From Bugula neritina (Eukaryota > Animalia > Bryozoa): DNA of 64,000 nt. Below the pieces are notes generated by a model that was not told the origin of the DNA, ran no database searches, and saw only the letters and a list, made by a program, of their open reading frames with translations. How positions within the stretch are numbered: position 1 is the stretch's first letter; each line of letters opens with the position of its first letter. Below, piece after piece: positions 39,558 through 53,573 of this stretch. Location of the stretch: contig OZ037771.1 of NCBI GenBank assembly GCA_964035545.1, forward strand, positions 11,350,480-11,414,479, read 5' to 3'. Position numbers and translations under genes: made by a program.

Positions 39558-40362
39558 AAATTTTAAACAAGAACTAAAATTATAAACAGTCATTCGTAAA
39601 TTTTGATACTTTAAATGCCGCTCTAGCTATTGCTGCTGCTGCTGCTGCTGGAGTAAATTAGTAATAGTGCTATATTCCTCCCAGCACATCTATGGTTGAT
39701 GCCTTAGCAAGTATAGAAACATTGTTTAATGCCTCTTTAGTGAACGAAGTCTGTTGTAAGTATTTATAATTCAATTTGGTATTGTATAAACCATAAACTA
39801 CAATTTCTCTTAATTTTGCAAGTTTCTATTGTTTTAAATGGAATAATCTTGCTATTAGTTTATCACAGTACCACAAGCTCCCTTTCAACTAAAGACTGGT
39901 GCAGAATGAAGTAAACATATAAAATGGGTCAAAATAGTTGTCCTCAGTCTATTAATAGACAGATGTACAGCTAACCTCAGATTGGCCAGGTTTAAGAACT
40001 GCACGTTTAAAAATCAGTCAGTTATTTCTGTTCGCAATTGGTTTAAATGTGAGCATTGTTTTTACTGCAACTACGTATACTACCTATGCAAACCAAAAAG
40101 TTACCTATCACACTGACGTGGCCTTTCCCAGTCGACCCGCATTCCTGCAGTCCCATTATTAAACAGGTCATTGTCAGGTTATAGACAGTTGACCTAGTAA
40201 TAGTAGTAGTAGTAGCAGGGCATACAAATTGTGTATTGTGTATAGAAAATTTAACAGTACTATACGACATATGATCATCTGTTTGAATTTATTATTGTTG
40301 CCAGCTAAGTAGAACGGCAGTATTGTTTTAACAAACTAGCCTGTGGATAAAGTTAATTCACT

Positions 40363-42314
40363 ATGACCAGCAACATTGAATTCAAGGTAAGTAAATATAT
40401 GTTATACTAGTTACAGTTGATATAATATGATTATTCAATGATTATAAAAAGTTATAGTTTACTGTATTGCATTTTATAATAAACACAATGGTATTGCAAG
40501 GTCTGTTCTAGCTTGAAAATTTTAAAAGATGTTAGCATCTATAACTCATTCGATGTTTTTCAAAATTGGTTTGACTTCATCAACTTGCATTTTAACTCAA
40601 GAAATCTAAATTCAATAATAGGAATAAAGTAAAGCCCTTATCTTATGTATTTTCACCGTTTCTTAGCGTGACAGATTTTATCCTCATAATAATGGGCCAT
40701 AATATTATGTATTGCTGATTAAAAACTCCTTGAATCGCTTGAAAGTGGAGTTGTTGTGACAGAATAGCCTAAAATTATACACTGTACTGTGTCGAGTTTG
40801 TTGGTGAGTAATATGCAACATCTATTCAAAAATTAAGCACAGTACTGATCAGTCGATTCGCTTTGTTTTACATAATTTTTAGTCTCAATTCCCAAAAATA
40901 AAGTATTTTATAACATTTCTTCACTCTGGGGTAAGTTTATGCTGCAATAGATTTCTATGATATCACAATATCCATAACCCTGCAGGTGTTTGAACAAACA
41001 GAAGATGGATGGAAGCGCCTGCTGAAGGTATGGATGTCAGCCCACCTGACTGAAACTGTCGCAAGTGGACTCTCCTTCTTTTCAACAGAGTTTGGTCACA
41101 ACTTGTTAGAGTCTGGGCTTCAAAAGTGCTACAAGAGTATAAATGCTCCCCTGGTGGTAGCTGTGGACATTAACACCCAAGAGGTAAATAATATCATGTT
41201 TAGTCAATATATGACCTTGACCAGAAAGTGTGAAACTAGGGAGAAAGTAGGACTAAAAGATTCAGCATTAAAAAATAATAATCTAACTAAAAAGTTTTTA
41301 CAACAATAAAATGATATCCTTAAACATACTCTCGCATGACAACACAAGTCTGTGACATCTCAGAATATTCTGAAGTAAAATAAACGGTATATACAAAGAA
41401 TTGAAACTGAGAACCAAGTTGTATTTCTATATATACTTTCTAGTTATAACAATAATAATATGCAACATATTCAAATTCAAAGCTAAAATGCTTTTGATCC
41501 AGCTTACACCTAGCTGACTCAAATATTTCTTTAATCTCTATGCGTGGTCACCTGCAGTTATTTATAAGTCATTAAGTCCTTTTAAAATTACACCATGTAG
41601 GTGGTGGGTTTTATGTGGAATCAAATCGTAAACAGAGACTTTGATGCAGAGTGGGTTGGGCCTGCTGGATTGAGAGGATATGGTTCCTATACGGAGGAAG
41701 AACACCAACAGCAAGTTGACGCATACTTGGAGTTCTGGAAGATGCTGAGTGACCGAGGAAACTTTTTTGATCATTTCGAGTGAGTTGACTAATACTCAGT
41801 TGTAACAGTTGGAGTATTTACTAGCAGCAGTATAGTTGCAATATGATTACTTCAAATGCATAGCAGTTATAGCATGTTATATCGCAGCTCCTAAAGATTA
41901 TAATAAATCACAGACAAAATTATACAATTATTGTGTTTTTACTACACTGTTGAAATTAAAAGTCTATAGAATGATAATACTTCAAGCTAAAACATCCATT
42001 GTCTAATTATCTTCTATTTTTGCAGAGTTGATGAACTGTTTGACCTAATTTTTTTATCAGTCTTGAAAGAATATCGTCACAGAGGCATTGGATTCAAGTT
42101 AATGAGTAAAAGTCTTGAGATAGCTAAAGAGCTAGGTTATAAAGTAGCTTTTAGTAACTTTACCAGCAAGTACAGTTACAGTATTGCGTGCTCCATGGGC
42201 TTCACACCTATTGCAGAACTGGACTACAAAACTCATTACAAGAACTACTTAAATATACCCAAAGAAATAGCCCAGATCCATGATAAAGTCGTGGCTATGG
42301 GAAAGAGGTTGTAG
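40363..42314 (+). CDS. GNAT-family N-acetyltransferase, insect-type arylalkylamine/dopamine N-acetyltransferase-like (229 aa)
   Basis: Exons 40363-40386, 40986-41183, 41601-41779, 42026-42314(TAG), 690 nt in frame. Acetyl-CoA motif A LSVLKEYRHRGIGFKL, a preceding FDHFEVDELFDL segment and TSKYSYSIACSMGF are typical of insect AANAT-like GNATs. Confidence 0.85.
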
Positions 42315-43423
42315 AACTGAAAGATCGTATCACAGCTCATACGATAGGATATTGTGAACTGCATCATATGGTTCAAATGCTAAAAAACTTGTAGTCTATT
42401 TGAGTAAAGGCTTGTTCATTCACATAGAGTGGAGTTTAACTTATAATTACTTATGAACTGCTATACTGAGCTATTGGTTTTTAAATTTATATGTAGGATG
42501 CTATCAATAATAATTTGACTAGATTTGCATAGTTGTGGCTATAATATTCACAGTCATTAATCATCAACAGATCAAGTATTGTTCCAGTTAAGGTTTTTAA
42601 TATGTGTGGATTACTAGTTCATTTTATTAGAAATTGCTGCATTCCAAATGAATATTTAATGCTTTTAGTCCCATCTTATTATTCTTGATATATATTTTTA
42701 TTGTTTTGTAGCTTTTAAATGGTTGAACGATTTTTTAATTATCACTTTTATGATAAGAGAGTTGCACTTTCAACAATTAGTACACATGTACTGTCTTAAT
42801 ACAGCTAGTATTCCCAGTGATTGCAAGCAACATTGTGTGAACTATATTGTAAAAAGGCACATATTATGTATAATATGAAAGTTTAAATGCTTTTCTAGTA
42901 AACTTTTTTAATACTGAATAGCTTTTAGAATTGCGAGTTTTAAGTTCTTATTGTAATTGAAAGTTATGCAAATAAAAAATTATTGACATGTATCCTTGAA
43001 TAAAGGCGATATATTTTATTATAGTCTCAATAAACTGATATATTTACAAATGAAAAGTTTAGTTACATAATATCTGATATATAAATTTTAAACAATAAAC
43101 AGAATTATGTAATTTCTCTCTCCAATTTTCCGATTTCTGAAGTATCACAATATTTTTTAGACAAAGTCATAAACAATTAAAAAACAAGTTATATAATATA
43201 TGTTTGTTTACAGAATAAATATTTTTCTTGAGTGCAGCATACAGTATAGCAAAGTAATTATACTTGTTTATTAAATGAATAAAAATATTTCCTCATTGTT
43301 AGATATTTTTATGTTGCATATAACATACACTTTACCAATGCTTGGAGAAAGACGTTATTTTATCAATAAGCACTGCAGCTAAATTTTTATTTTGTCTTTT
43401 TTTGCAGTTTAGATGAATGTTAT

Positions 43424-45487
43424 TCACTCCAACTTAGTAGAGTAGCATTTACAGAGTCTTATCAACACTCTTTCACCAGTCTTGAAGTCATCATATGCTT
43501 TCCATTTACACTTCTGACTGTAATGTATTTCATATCCGTTTGTTTCTTCAGTCAACCCGGATGCTAGAGTCTTGTACATCTGCTTGTATTGTTTACAATT
43601 ACATACCCTGCAAAGAGCAGACAACTCATAAATATATAGGAAAAAAGGAGTTTAATATTTTTAGTGTCCAACAGCCAATAGTTGGCAAAGCTTCTTATGT
43701 TAACAGATTATTTAATTTGCCTTTTAAATTTGAAGAAATATTAGGTCTTATTCAAAAGTATTATTAACATGTATGTTTATGAAGACAATTTTAAATGACT
43801 TTAATAGTTTGATCTGCGTTATTAGTATTATTAAAATATTTATGCTAGGAATATACAGATATACGATTGTTAATTGTAATGAAGCTGTACCTTTGAGAAT
43901 GCTGCAAATAGTAGTGAAACAAAGCAGCTACTAAATTCATGAATTTTGTTGGAAAAGGTTAATTAATAAAAATGAAAAAGAATTGATTTTTCAGTAATCT
44001 GTAATTTAGTAATCAGTAATACGCATAATTTATGCACAAAAACTTCAACTATTCTTTGATTGACACCAACCTGACCAGGTGTTTTTCGTAGTATTTCATA
44101 TGCTGAACATTTGATGGATCTGACGGTGACATATCATGTGTTATGAGGGGAGACAACTGCTTTACTTTATATCCTGATCTGAAAGTAGAAATGTGCAAAT
44201 ATATGTAATTATAGTAGACTTCAAAATATGATTGGAGTTAGCTTTTCTATTAAGCTGTCTATAGCTTGGTTTCAAAGCGTAGAATAAATTGTAATTGTAA
44301 ATTGTAATACAGACTATATTATAATTTATTACATGCAAAACCTTGAACCTAATAACAATTATGTTAATTTGAATAATATTTAGTGTATACATTTGTATTA
44401 GTTTATGAATAAAATCGTATTAGTTTTGTTATAAGCCTGTACTAAATGTAATCAACTACAAATATATGAAAATAGTTTTATGAGCCTAATTACTTAAGTT
44501 TATTTCTTTCTAGTACAAACAAAACCTATGCAAGCAAAACCACTTACGTAGAGAATTGAGAGGTTTAGCATGTATGATACTTGAACACTTATAGCAGTAA
44601 TTCTTGAGATACGCTACTCTTGAGATAAAAGCAATTATACTGGTATTTAGTCATGACTTGCGAGGAGTACGATAGAAAGCAAATAATATAGTTCCACAGT
44701 TACTTACTTAGTCTTTTGCCTTTGGTAGCTGCATTTCTTGCTAGAATGGTACTCAATCTCCACTGGGTATTTGTTGGTGTGTTCAGTAGGTGAAGGGGGA
44801 AAGTCATCGTCCTCACCTTCATCTTCACTGGACAGCTGCGGACTCAATGACTGGATGCTTGGCCAATTATTTATATTACTTTTTATATCATTATTATTAT
44901 TATATGTTGAACTTGTCATGTCCACCCATCCATCTTGTGCTAAATTCAACTACAAAGCAAAAATAGGTTACAGTTGTAAGCTGTTATTATAAATAAAAAC
45001 AAAACACACTTATATCTGAAACTTGACCATACCATTTAAAAAGTTGATTGTTGCTGTAGTTTGCAGTAAACATGTGGTGTCTTTACCTTCAGCAGAATTA
45101 AAGAAGAATTACTAATTGAGAAGTACTCACTGCAGTAAAGCTCTGTCTCATCTGCTGAGGTTGCTGCTGCTGGTGAAATGAGTCACAATTATGATTTGAC
45201 TTTGATTGAAACTGGTCAATCCATCCAGAGGCGGGTCTTTGTCGGAATCCAGGGCCAGATCCTGATGGGACGGTATGGTAACAGTTATATGAGTAATCTT
45301 GCTGTTCAGGGATTGGCTGGATGTGATGGTATAGAGGTCTGGAATATACACAGCTAGAGGTCTTTGCTGATGGGTTGAGATGAAAGGTTGGCTTGTGACC
45401 AGCTGACTTTCTTATGGCTCTTACAGTCCCATAGGTTTGGGAATCGTTAACCTTGCTTACTTCGAAGAATCGTGGATTTGCAGGCAT
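43424..45487 (-). CDS. Uncharacterised protein with tandem H-x4-C...C-x-C modules, paralog B (260 aa)
   Basis: Exons 45487-45131, 44949-44708, 43607-43424(TGA), phases 0 and 2, 783 nt, with an in-frame stop upstream of the ATG. C-terminus TNKYPVEIEYHSSKKCSYQRQKTK|VCNCKQYKQMYKTLASGLTEETNGYEIHYSQKCKWKAYDDFKTGERVLIRLCKCYSTKLE. Confidence 0.85.
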
Positions 45488-46226
45488 TGTAACTACTACA
45501 ACTTCATCACCCGGAGTGCGAGGAACTAGTGCAGTGTCAAGCTTTATATACGATGAGGAAATGAGATGGTTATCTCTTCAGAATGTGCATATCGTGCGAG
45601 CTCACATTGTTTGCTGGAATTTCCAAGTAATACACATGACTGATGGAGCCTTCCTAAACTATTGAACAAGTGTCAACAAGTGCTACTTTATGACATTAAA
45701 AAGCTATAAATACAAGATTATAACTAACAATGGAATGCATAGAATACGTATTGATCTAATGCTGCTAGCCAGAATAAAATGAAGTTTATTATCTAAACTA
45801 TAACTTGCAGCAATATCTAGCCAGCTGGGCTTGCAAGGGGTAGATTTCTTTTATATGGGTGGTAGACTATGAGGAGCCTTGCATACACCAGCAACTAAAA
45901 CTATTATAAACAATAAAGCAATTAAAAGAGTTTAACCGAACAAGCCATAGATTAATACTCTGTTTACTGATGAAAGTAACGTATGATCACTTGAGGTAAT
46001 TTTTGTTTTGTCCTTTAAAATTTCACGTTAAAGTGGTTTTTTTGCAAATGGCAGAACTTAGTTAGCAAGCCAGAGGGTAGCAGCTTATAGCTTTCTAGAG
46101 TTTCTCATTATGAAATTTAATCAGCATTCAAAGCTGCTGCAGATTACAGCTACTCATATTCTTGATAACCTGCAGCTAGAATGACTTTAAAACATGAGGT
46201 TGTAGGAAGTCACAATGTGTTATTGA

Positions 46227-46327
46227 TGGCTCTTTCCACGCTAAGTATACTTAGCGTGGAAAGAGCCACGAATTTGCTTTGCACTCTCTGCATGCATATA
46301 TGCATGCAGAGAGTGCAAAGCAAATTC
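46227..46327. repeat. Two adjacent perfect palindromes (42 bp and 58 bp)
   Basis: 46227-46268 and 46270-46327 are each an exact reverse complement of itself with no spacer. Confidence 0.97.
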
Positions 46328-49215
46328 ATGCTATTTGTAAGATAGCTATCAGCATTTCAATTTAACACAGGAAAAAAATCGTGATGCTTTTTCTTAATTT
46401 TTTCCAGTGCGTGCCCATCATTTGCTTTTACTTATTGCATGCAGTTCTTGTTTATTTACTGGAGCCTTATTTTTATGTGGAAATAAGAAATCTACTTTGT
46501 TAATTTACAAGTCTACATGGAAATCAAATCATTTATCATCCTAATATACTACTAAAGCTACTATACTTTATAATATACATAATAGTAATAATATGCCTAA
46601 ACTAATTGTGTGCGTGCAATAGTGTAAGTTATAATTTATTATGCAGATTATTATAATAATTACTAATTATGTGGGCATATGCAGGGTGTAAATCAAAATA
46701 GCAGAGTGCTTTACCCACACCACCATTTTTATCTTAAAGCATGAAGATCCTGATTTCTTTGTACATTATTATGGTAAACAATTAATAGAATAACACGTCT
46801 CTTTTGAATAAGATATTTGGATAACTTAGCTTGTTCAAATAATTAGACTTTAACCAAATCTTTACTTGAAGAATAATTTCTAAAGAAAGCATAGATTCAG
46901 GTGAGTAATAAGGAACTATAGCAGATTTAAACAGTACTTGATATTGATTAGCGAGTCAGAGCGGCAGCAGCACATGATGCCTGCTAATGGCTGCCTCTCA
47001 ATTGTATTACTGTACACCTTTAGCTGACTGTGTATCCTTCCCTGTTGGATATGTTGCAGTGGGACCCCTGCATGTACTTTGTCAGACAATTGATGAGCAG
47101 AAAGAAACTTTTTTGGGCTAAATACTCGTAGTTTTTTACTACTCATGCACACTGGCATTTACTGAAACATTAGGTTTTGATAGCAATTTGTTAAAATGAG
47201 TCTGAAAGTTCATGGTTATTGATTATAGAGGAAATTTTCATAGCCTTTAATTTAACAGTTAAAGCTTTATGGTTTAGAGTCTAAACTTTAGACTTTAAAC
47301 TTTGTGACCCAGTTCTACTATATGCTCAGCTGTATAGCTATTATGAAGAGATCATATTCCATAGAAGCCATGTTTGTGTTATGTTCACATTATTGCTAAG
47401 CTTGAAAAATCATTTGAACTATTTGTTTTTATCTAAAGCTATTAAATTTCCAGAAAATATTTTCTTATCAAAAGAGGAAGTATTGTCAAAATCAGTAAAT
47501 TTCAGCGGCATGAGGCAACTCAGTTTTTCTTCCATGCCGGTTTTTACTTCCTTAATGTATGAGTAAAATAAATATTCAACTTAAAAGCCGGTATGTGCAG
47601 TTGGTTATGTTCAAACTTTTAAAGAAACTGCATGCATTAGGCATCAAAACTTTGACCATAGCCAAATAATACAATCTAAAACAGGCAACTACTACAAACT
47701 TCCCCTTAACAAGGTGCATTGGGTCATTTGTATTGTTTACACATTTCTAATCTCAAATTGTTACTATCAACCTAATTTGGACACTTCATACTTTCCTGGA
47801 ATTAATTGTATTTTCAAAGCTTTTGAGATTTGTAAAATTTCACAATGATTCAACTGATTAAAACCTGTTTTCTTATCTTAGCATATAACAAGGAGAGAGG
47901 AAACTGAATTGCTTCATCTTTCAAACTTTATCATAAGAATCAATCTTTGATAAAGTATTTCCTAGAACAGCCTTATGCCTCATTACTGTTTACTATGAAT
48001 TTAATATATGTGTATCATATACATGCAAAGAACCTACAAACGTTTACCATAGCTGCACTAGACACTATACATAGCACGAGCATTATCAGTGATTTGCATA
48101 TTTATTTAAGTACAAAGTTCAAACAACATTTATGGAAATAAAATATTAATTTTAGGAACATATTTATAGAATACTGCATTTACCAATAACATTTGGGTGA
48201 ACCACGTGATATCGCTATGATACAGATACTCATGTGATAGTCAACCTATATATCAGTTGTTTCATGGGACACCTGATTAGATTTGAATAGCATAGTTGGT
48301 AGGTTTTTGTGTTTGAATTGTTTTTATAAGTACAATTGTATGCATTTTTTGAAGTCATGCTAGAACAGCTGCTAACTCTATAAGAGTCTTCTAATATAAG
48401 TAATGTACCAAGTTATAATAACTCTCAGCTTCTAATCTCTCCTTAACATACCAATTCTCCTTCAGTCCCAATGCTTATTTTTTATGTATTATGCAAACAA
48501 TTAAATTATATATATATATATATTATAAATCACAAACTGTAACATCCCTTTTTTGCAATTTATGGAATTTTCACCACAATAACGGTTGCTAAGGAAACAC
48601 CAACAAACTCAGTTAGAGAAATAGCTTGCTGACATATCATAGCTTCAAGAAGCTGTAGAAAATGGTCCTAATAGCAGAGGAACAGCTATACTAAAAGAAA
48701 TAAAGTTGGGAAGGTATGCAGCACCAGCCCACCCTCTCCCTTCCATATGCAGCTAAATAGCTGCAAGCAGAAACTGCATAATGAAAACTTTGTATTGTGG
48801 GTAAGTTGGCTAGAATGCATATTAAATGCTTAATTCCAACTAATAATAGTTGTATACCAAATATTTGCCTGATTATAAAATACTGTCGCATATATAGGAA
48901 GTTTTTAAACTCAATATGTATATTAGTTACCTTTGTTGGGTGAAGGTAGTGCTTGAACAAGCTATTATATTCAAAGAACTGTTTAATCATTACACTAAAG
49001 TGAGATGGTGCTTCGAGGATTAACTGTAATGCAAGACTCATTTCAGCTCTCAGCTTTCTAGTAACACAGCTCCATGGAAATGATATCACTTATAATGTGG
49101 GTGTGTCAAAGAGTCCACACTGGTTTGCGTGTTTTTGTAAATCTTTGCATTATTACCATGTTATGCAGATATCAATTTATAGCCTGTGACTAGGATATGC
49201 TATATTAGCCATCAC

Positions 49216-49409
49216 AAAACTTTAGCAAGTTTATAGTCGCCATCCCCGTGAGAAAGCCCGTGGTGGAGGACTTGTTCAGATGAGGCGCAGAAGGAATTGT
49301 GACTGGATGCTCTTCCTATATAACATCACCAATGGCCCTGGTCTGGGCTTGATACCACAATTTCAAGTTTACTGGGCAAACGCTCTAACCCCTAGATCAC
49401 TGCTGCTTC
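49216..49409 (-). mobile_element. tRNA-derived SINE (same family as 39054)
   Basis: Perfect 14-bp TSD ATATTAGCCATCAC (49202-49215, 49410-49423). The minus strand begins GAAGCAGCAGTGATCTAGGGGTTAGAGCG with a degenerate B box. Confidence 0.85.
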
Positions 49410-52197
49410 ATATTAGCCATCACGAGTTATAGCAAAATTGAGGTATAGTATTATAGTATGGTACTATAAAGATACTGTATTGTCCGTAATCTGATTATTA
49501 AAGCCATAGCTAGTGCTACTAAACCTAGTGTATGCACTACAGAATAGAGATTCCATTTACATAGAAAAAGTTCTACCTATAAATTTTCTTATCATCTAGG
49601 TTCATTTCAGTAATAAATTACTCATAATAAGCTATATTTCTCTTTGAGCTTTCCATATAGTCTGCACCATGTTAAGCTTACCACAAATTTGTACATGAGG
49701 CATGCAACCATATAACGATAGTGTAAGGACTTCAAAACTACAAAATCATTTCCTTTTATTATTTGGATGAAATGCAGCTGCTGCGATATGCAACTGCCAA
49801 ATGGAGGCTTCCAAATTACAAACTATTTTGGTATTTGTATATACACAGTACTTGGCTTGTGGCCAGCTTGCGCACATTACTGAGTATGTTGTGCAAAAAC
49901 TTCTGCTTACATTTAGTTATCAAAATACAAAAACCTGTCAACGGCTGCTTGTGTTTAGTTACTTGATGAGGCAGGCTGTCTTCCAATGCCCAGGGTATCG
50001 TTTGCAGACTAATGGCTGATGTCAAGAAGGAAGTAAATGAGCCATCCACTGTGGCAGACCAGTGACTAAACTGCTTACTGGACATTTGAAGAAGTTATAA
50101 AGTATTAGGAAAAAATAATAAAAGCAGTTTTGTCTATGGTGTTGCTTTTTTTACAGAAACAACTTCAAAGTGTTAGAAAGATGCTTAGAAAATCAGTGGA
50201 ATATATTTGCAATTCATCATGATACAGGCCAGGAGATATACCAGGAATTAAAACATTAACCTGGTGATAGTCAGAAGGGGGAGGGGAAAAAGAGAGGAGA
50301 AGGGGAGAGGGAGGGGAAAGAGAGAGAGGAGAGGGGGAGGGGGGAGAAAGAGAGGGTTATAGAGAAAGAGGGGTAGATGAGGGAAAAGAGGAAAAGGGGA
50401 GGGTGATATCCATCATTGAAATATAACTTAGCAGGAAGTGTTAATGGAGTGGTTACATCTTAGCAAGAAGCAGGAAGGTGCAATAATGGAAGAAATCAAA
50501 AAAAAAGCCTGTGTTCTAGATTGGGAATATGACAAAAGAATTTATGTTCTTTCAGTCTGTGCCCCAAACAAAAAGCCTGTTTCTATGTTATCAGTAATTA
50601 GATCTGCAGCAATTCCCATAATTCCTATCTAAAACCCTTACATTGTGGAGTTTTCCTAAACATTGTGATAAACACTTGCATGTTGTTTTCATCATAACAC
50701 TGTTGTCAGAGTATGAATGTTAAGTGCTATGTTGGTTTATAAACAACAGCCACTCAATACTATTTCCTGTCAACAGCTTGGTATTGATTATAAGGGGATG
50801 GAAATGGTCAGGTGTTGGAATAGAATTTCCCAACTGTACGTGAATAAACACATGCAGAGCTTATATCATTGTTACTGTATTGTAGATGTTTGTTTACTCT
50901 ATACAGGCTCACACAATGCTATAAAGAACATTAGCGCTGACAATATTAAGCTATACTTCTCTACAAGAACACAAAACATTCCTAAAATGCTAGTGCAGAG
51001 TAACTTTCCCTTTGCTTTTGAGTAGTTGAGCAGCCGTTAGAAAAATTATTTCAAAAAGCACTTTTGCAATCGAGTTTAATATAACTTTACATTTTCACTT
51101 TTTTGAGGCTGCATGCATGTGTGTTCATTAGTGATGCCTTAAAGCTGTGCAAGTAGGGCACAATTCCAAGAATTTACATAATGTTAGCTCCATGCAATTT
51201 AAGAAGGTCAAACAGTAATAGTATGTTGATGAAATATCTATATAATATACTATTAAGCTATTAGAAATACTATAATATAATACTCGTTATACTATGCTGA
51301 TATACAGTACATTCGCTATATACTTAGTAGGTAATTTTATTTAATGCTATGCAGTATATTAATTAGGAAAACTTTTTTAAAATTTGTTTTTATATCAACT
51401 TAAAAATAATTGTATTTTTTCAATTTTATTTCTCTTGCAAATTAATATATTCACTTTCAAAACTGAAGTTTCATTAAAGATTTCAATCTCAATATGAGTA
51501 TTTATACAACAGTTTCAGTATATTAGTTGTATCTGCAAACTACACGAAATGTAATGCAACAAACATATCTGTAGCTAAACAACTTAAGAAGGGAATAATT
51601 TACAGTACTTTATGCACATGCATTCTGTGAACCAGCTTTTAAGAAAAATCTTACATTTAGATCGTATAACTGTAGGATCTTCAAGTTGCAAAAATATTAT
51701 AATTCAAGTTAGAGTTTTAGCTATATTATAATTACAATTGGCTACTTTCCATTTGAAATTAAAACCCGACATCACTTCAAAGAGAAGTAAATTCTTACAA
51801 CCTTATTGAGGTTGACAAACCCTGTATATATAATAGTGCTTAATTTATATTATTTTGGAAACAATTACCATTTTTAGTATATTTCACTTGCTAAATTAAA
51901 CTTTTGACTGAAAACTTTTGGAAAGTATAAAACTATAAATACATTCTTTAATCCCCATGTGTTAGATGGAGAGCTTTTGAAAAATTGAATATTTCATTAA
52001 TAAATTAAAACTTGAAATTGATTATCAGAAGTAACCTAAGTAAAGGGAAACGTTTTAAATAATCCAACACAAGTAAATCTTAAGAAAGTTAGAGCCTTTA
52101 CATTACAGTTGGAAGAGAAGAATGGTTTCTTTTGTGTACGATGAGTGATGCATTGCAATATGAACAGCTGAGGTCTATACTAGCATAATACCCAGTT

Positions 52198-52245
52198 TTG
52201 TATTATAAATAAACTGTACTTTAGTACAGTTTATTTATAATACAA
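52198..52245. repeat. Inverted repeat with 23-bp perfect arms and a 2-nt spacer
   Basis: TTGTATTATAAATAAACTGTACT-TT-AGTACAGTTTATTTATAATACAA. Confidence 0.95.
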
Positions 52246-53573
52246 CTCATGGAAAGTATCAGCTAAGTTAAACTTCCTTATGCTTGTAGCATATATACAC
52301 ATGATAAGGGTCTAGCATATTAGCATAGACAACTAATTAGTTGACTTTAATTGAAACAGTTTTGATTTATTATGGTTTGAAAATTACTAAATGTGTTTTA
52401 TTATAACTAGATGTATCTGTCAACTTTCATTTAAAATCATTATTTATTTTAACATGATGGCTTTTTTCATATTGAATAACTTTTCTCACCAATGATGCAA
52501 AATACTTTTTAAACTTTTTTTCATTTCATAGTAAAAAAATAACTGCTTTGTTGGAATTAAATTATTTAATAAATATAGACTTTAATTGTAAATTTAAAAT
52601 AGAAATGACTGTTAGCATAAATAATTTTTGGATGACTAAATTTTGCAAACAATGTATCTTACTTTCTTTTTCATTGAGCTGTAAAAGTAGAGTAATAATA
52701 TATGATTTCTAACTTTTACAGTCGTTCATACTAATGGTTTTTCACCTAATGTAATGGGAAACTTATGACGAAATCCTTAAGTCAGTAAATGTACTTGGAT
52801 CTAATTGAGTAATTGTGTATTCTATAGTTAATCTCTTTTATAGTTCCTTTTAGAATTATTTAACCACCAATTCCATTACTATACAGATTTTTTAAAATAC
52901 CATGTAATTTACTACATATCTATCTATTTATATAATAAAAGTGTTGATTATTTTGCTTAAGAGATCATAGAAGTAAACCTGCCTTTGAAAAATATTTCTC
53001 CCTAATTAAGCAACTTCCTGGTATTGTGCAATCTATTCAGTCAGTTTTAAGTTCCTTATGTGATGCTGCTGTCAATGTTTGTTCTAAAACATTGAATTAT
53101 TGCATTTTGAAAAGTTTTATCAATCATGGGTAAATTATTGAAATAAAAGCTTCCATTTTGATATATATTTATGATATGAAACTTCACAATATATAACATC
53201 CAAACTTACATTTATGTATAAATGTTTACCCTTTAGTATGAAGGCCTACACTTTGTTCTAAATACTGATACCTTAGTACTTACACTTAAGTATTCATTCT
53301 TTAGTGTTAACTATGTAAAATGCTAGAATACCTTCAGTTGTAAATCATGGACAGACGATAAATTTTGGACTAAAATATTGATTACACAAAATAGCTGATT
53401 AACATCAATATAGCCGCATAAACCGACCTTTCTATTATATTTGATTTTTACTTCTGATTTTTTTAGCAAGTTCATTATTAGTTGGTTTATTCTTAAGCTG
53501 CAATTTTTTGCCTGACTATGTATGGGTTTATTTAATTTAAATGCTTTCATTAGTTTTAAATTGAGTATGTTAT

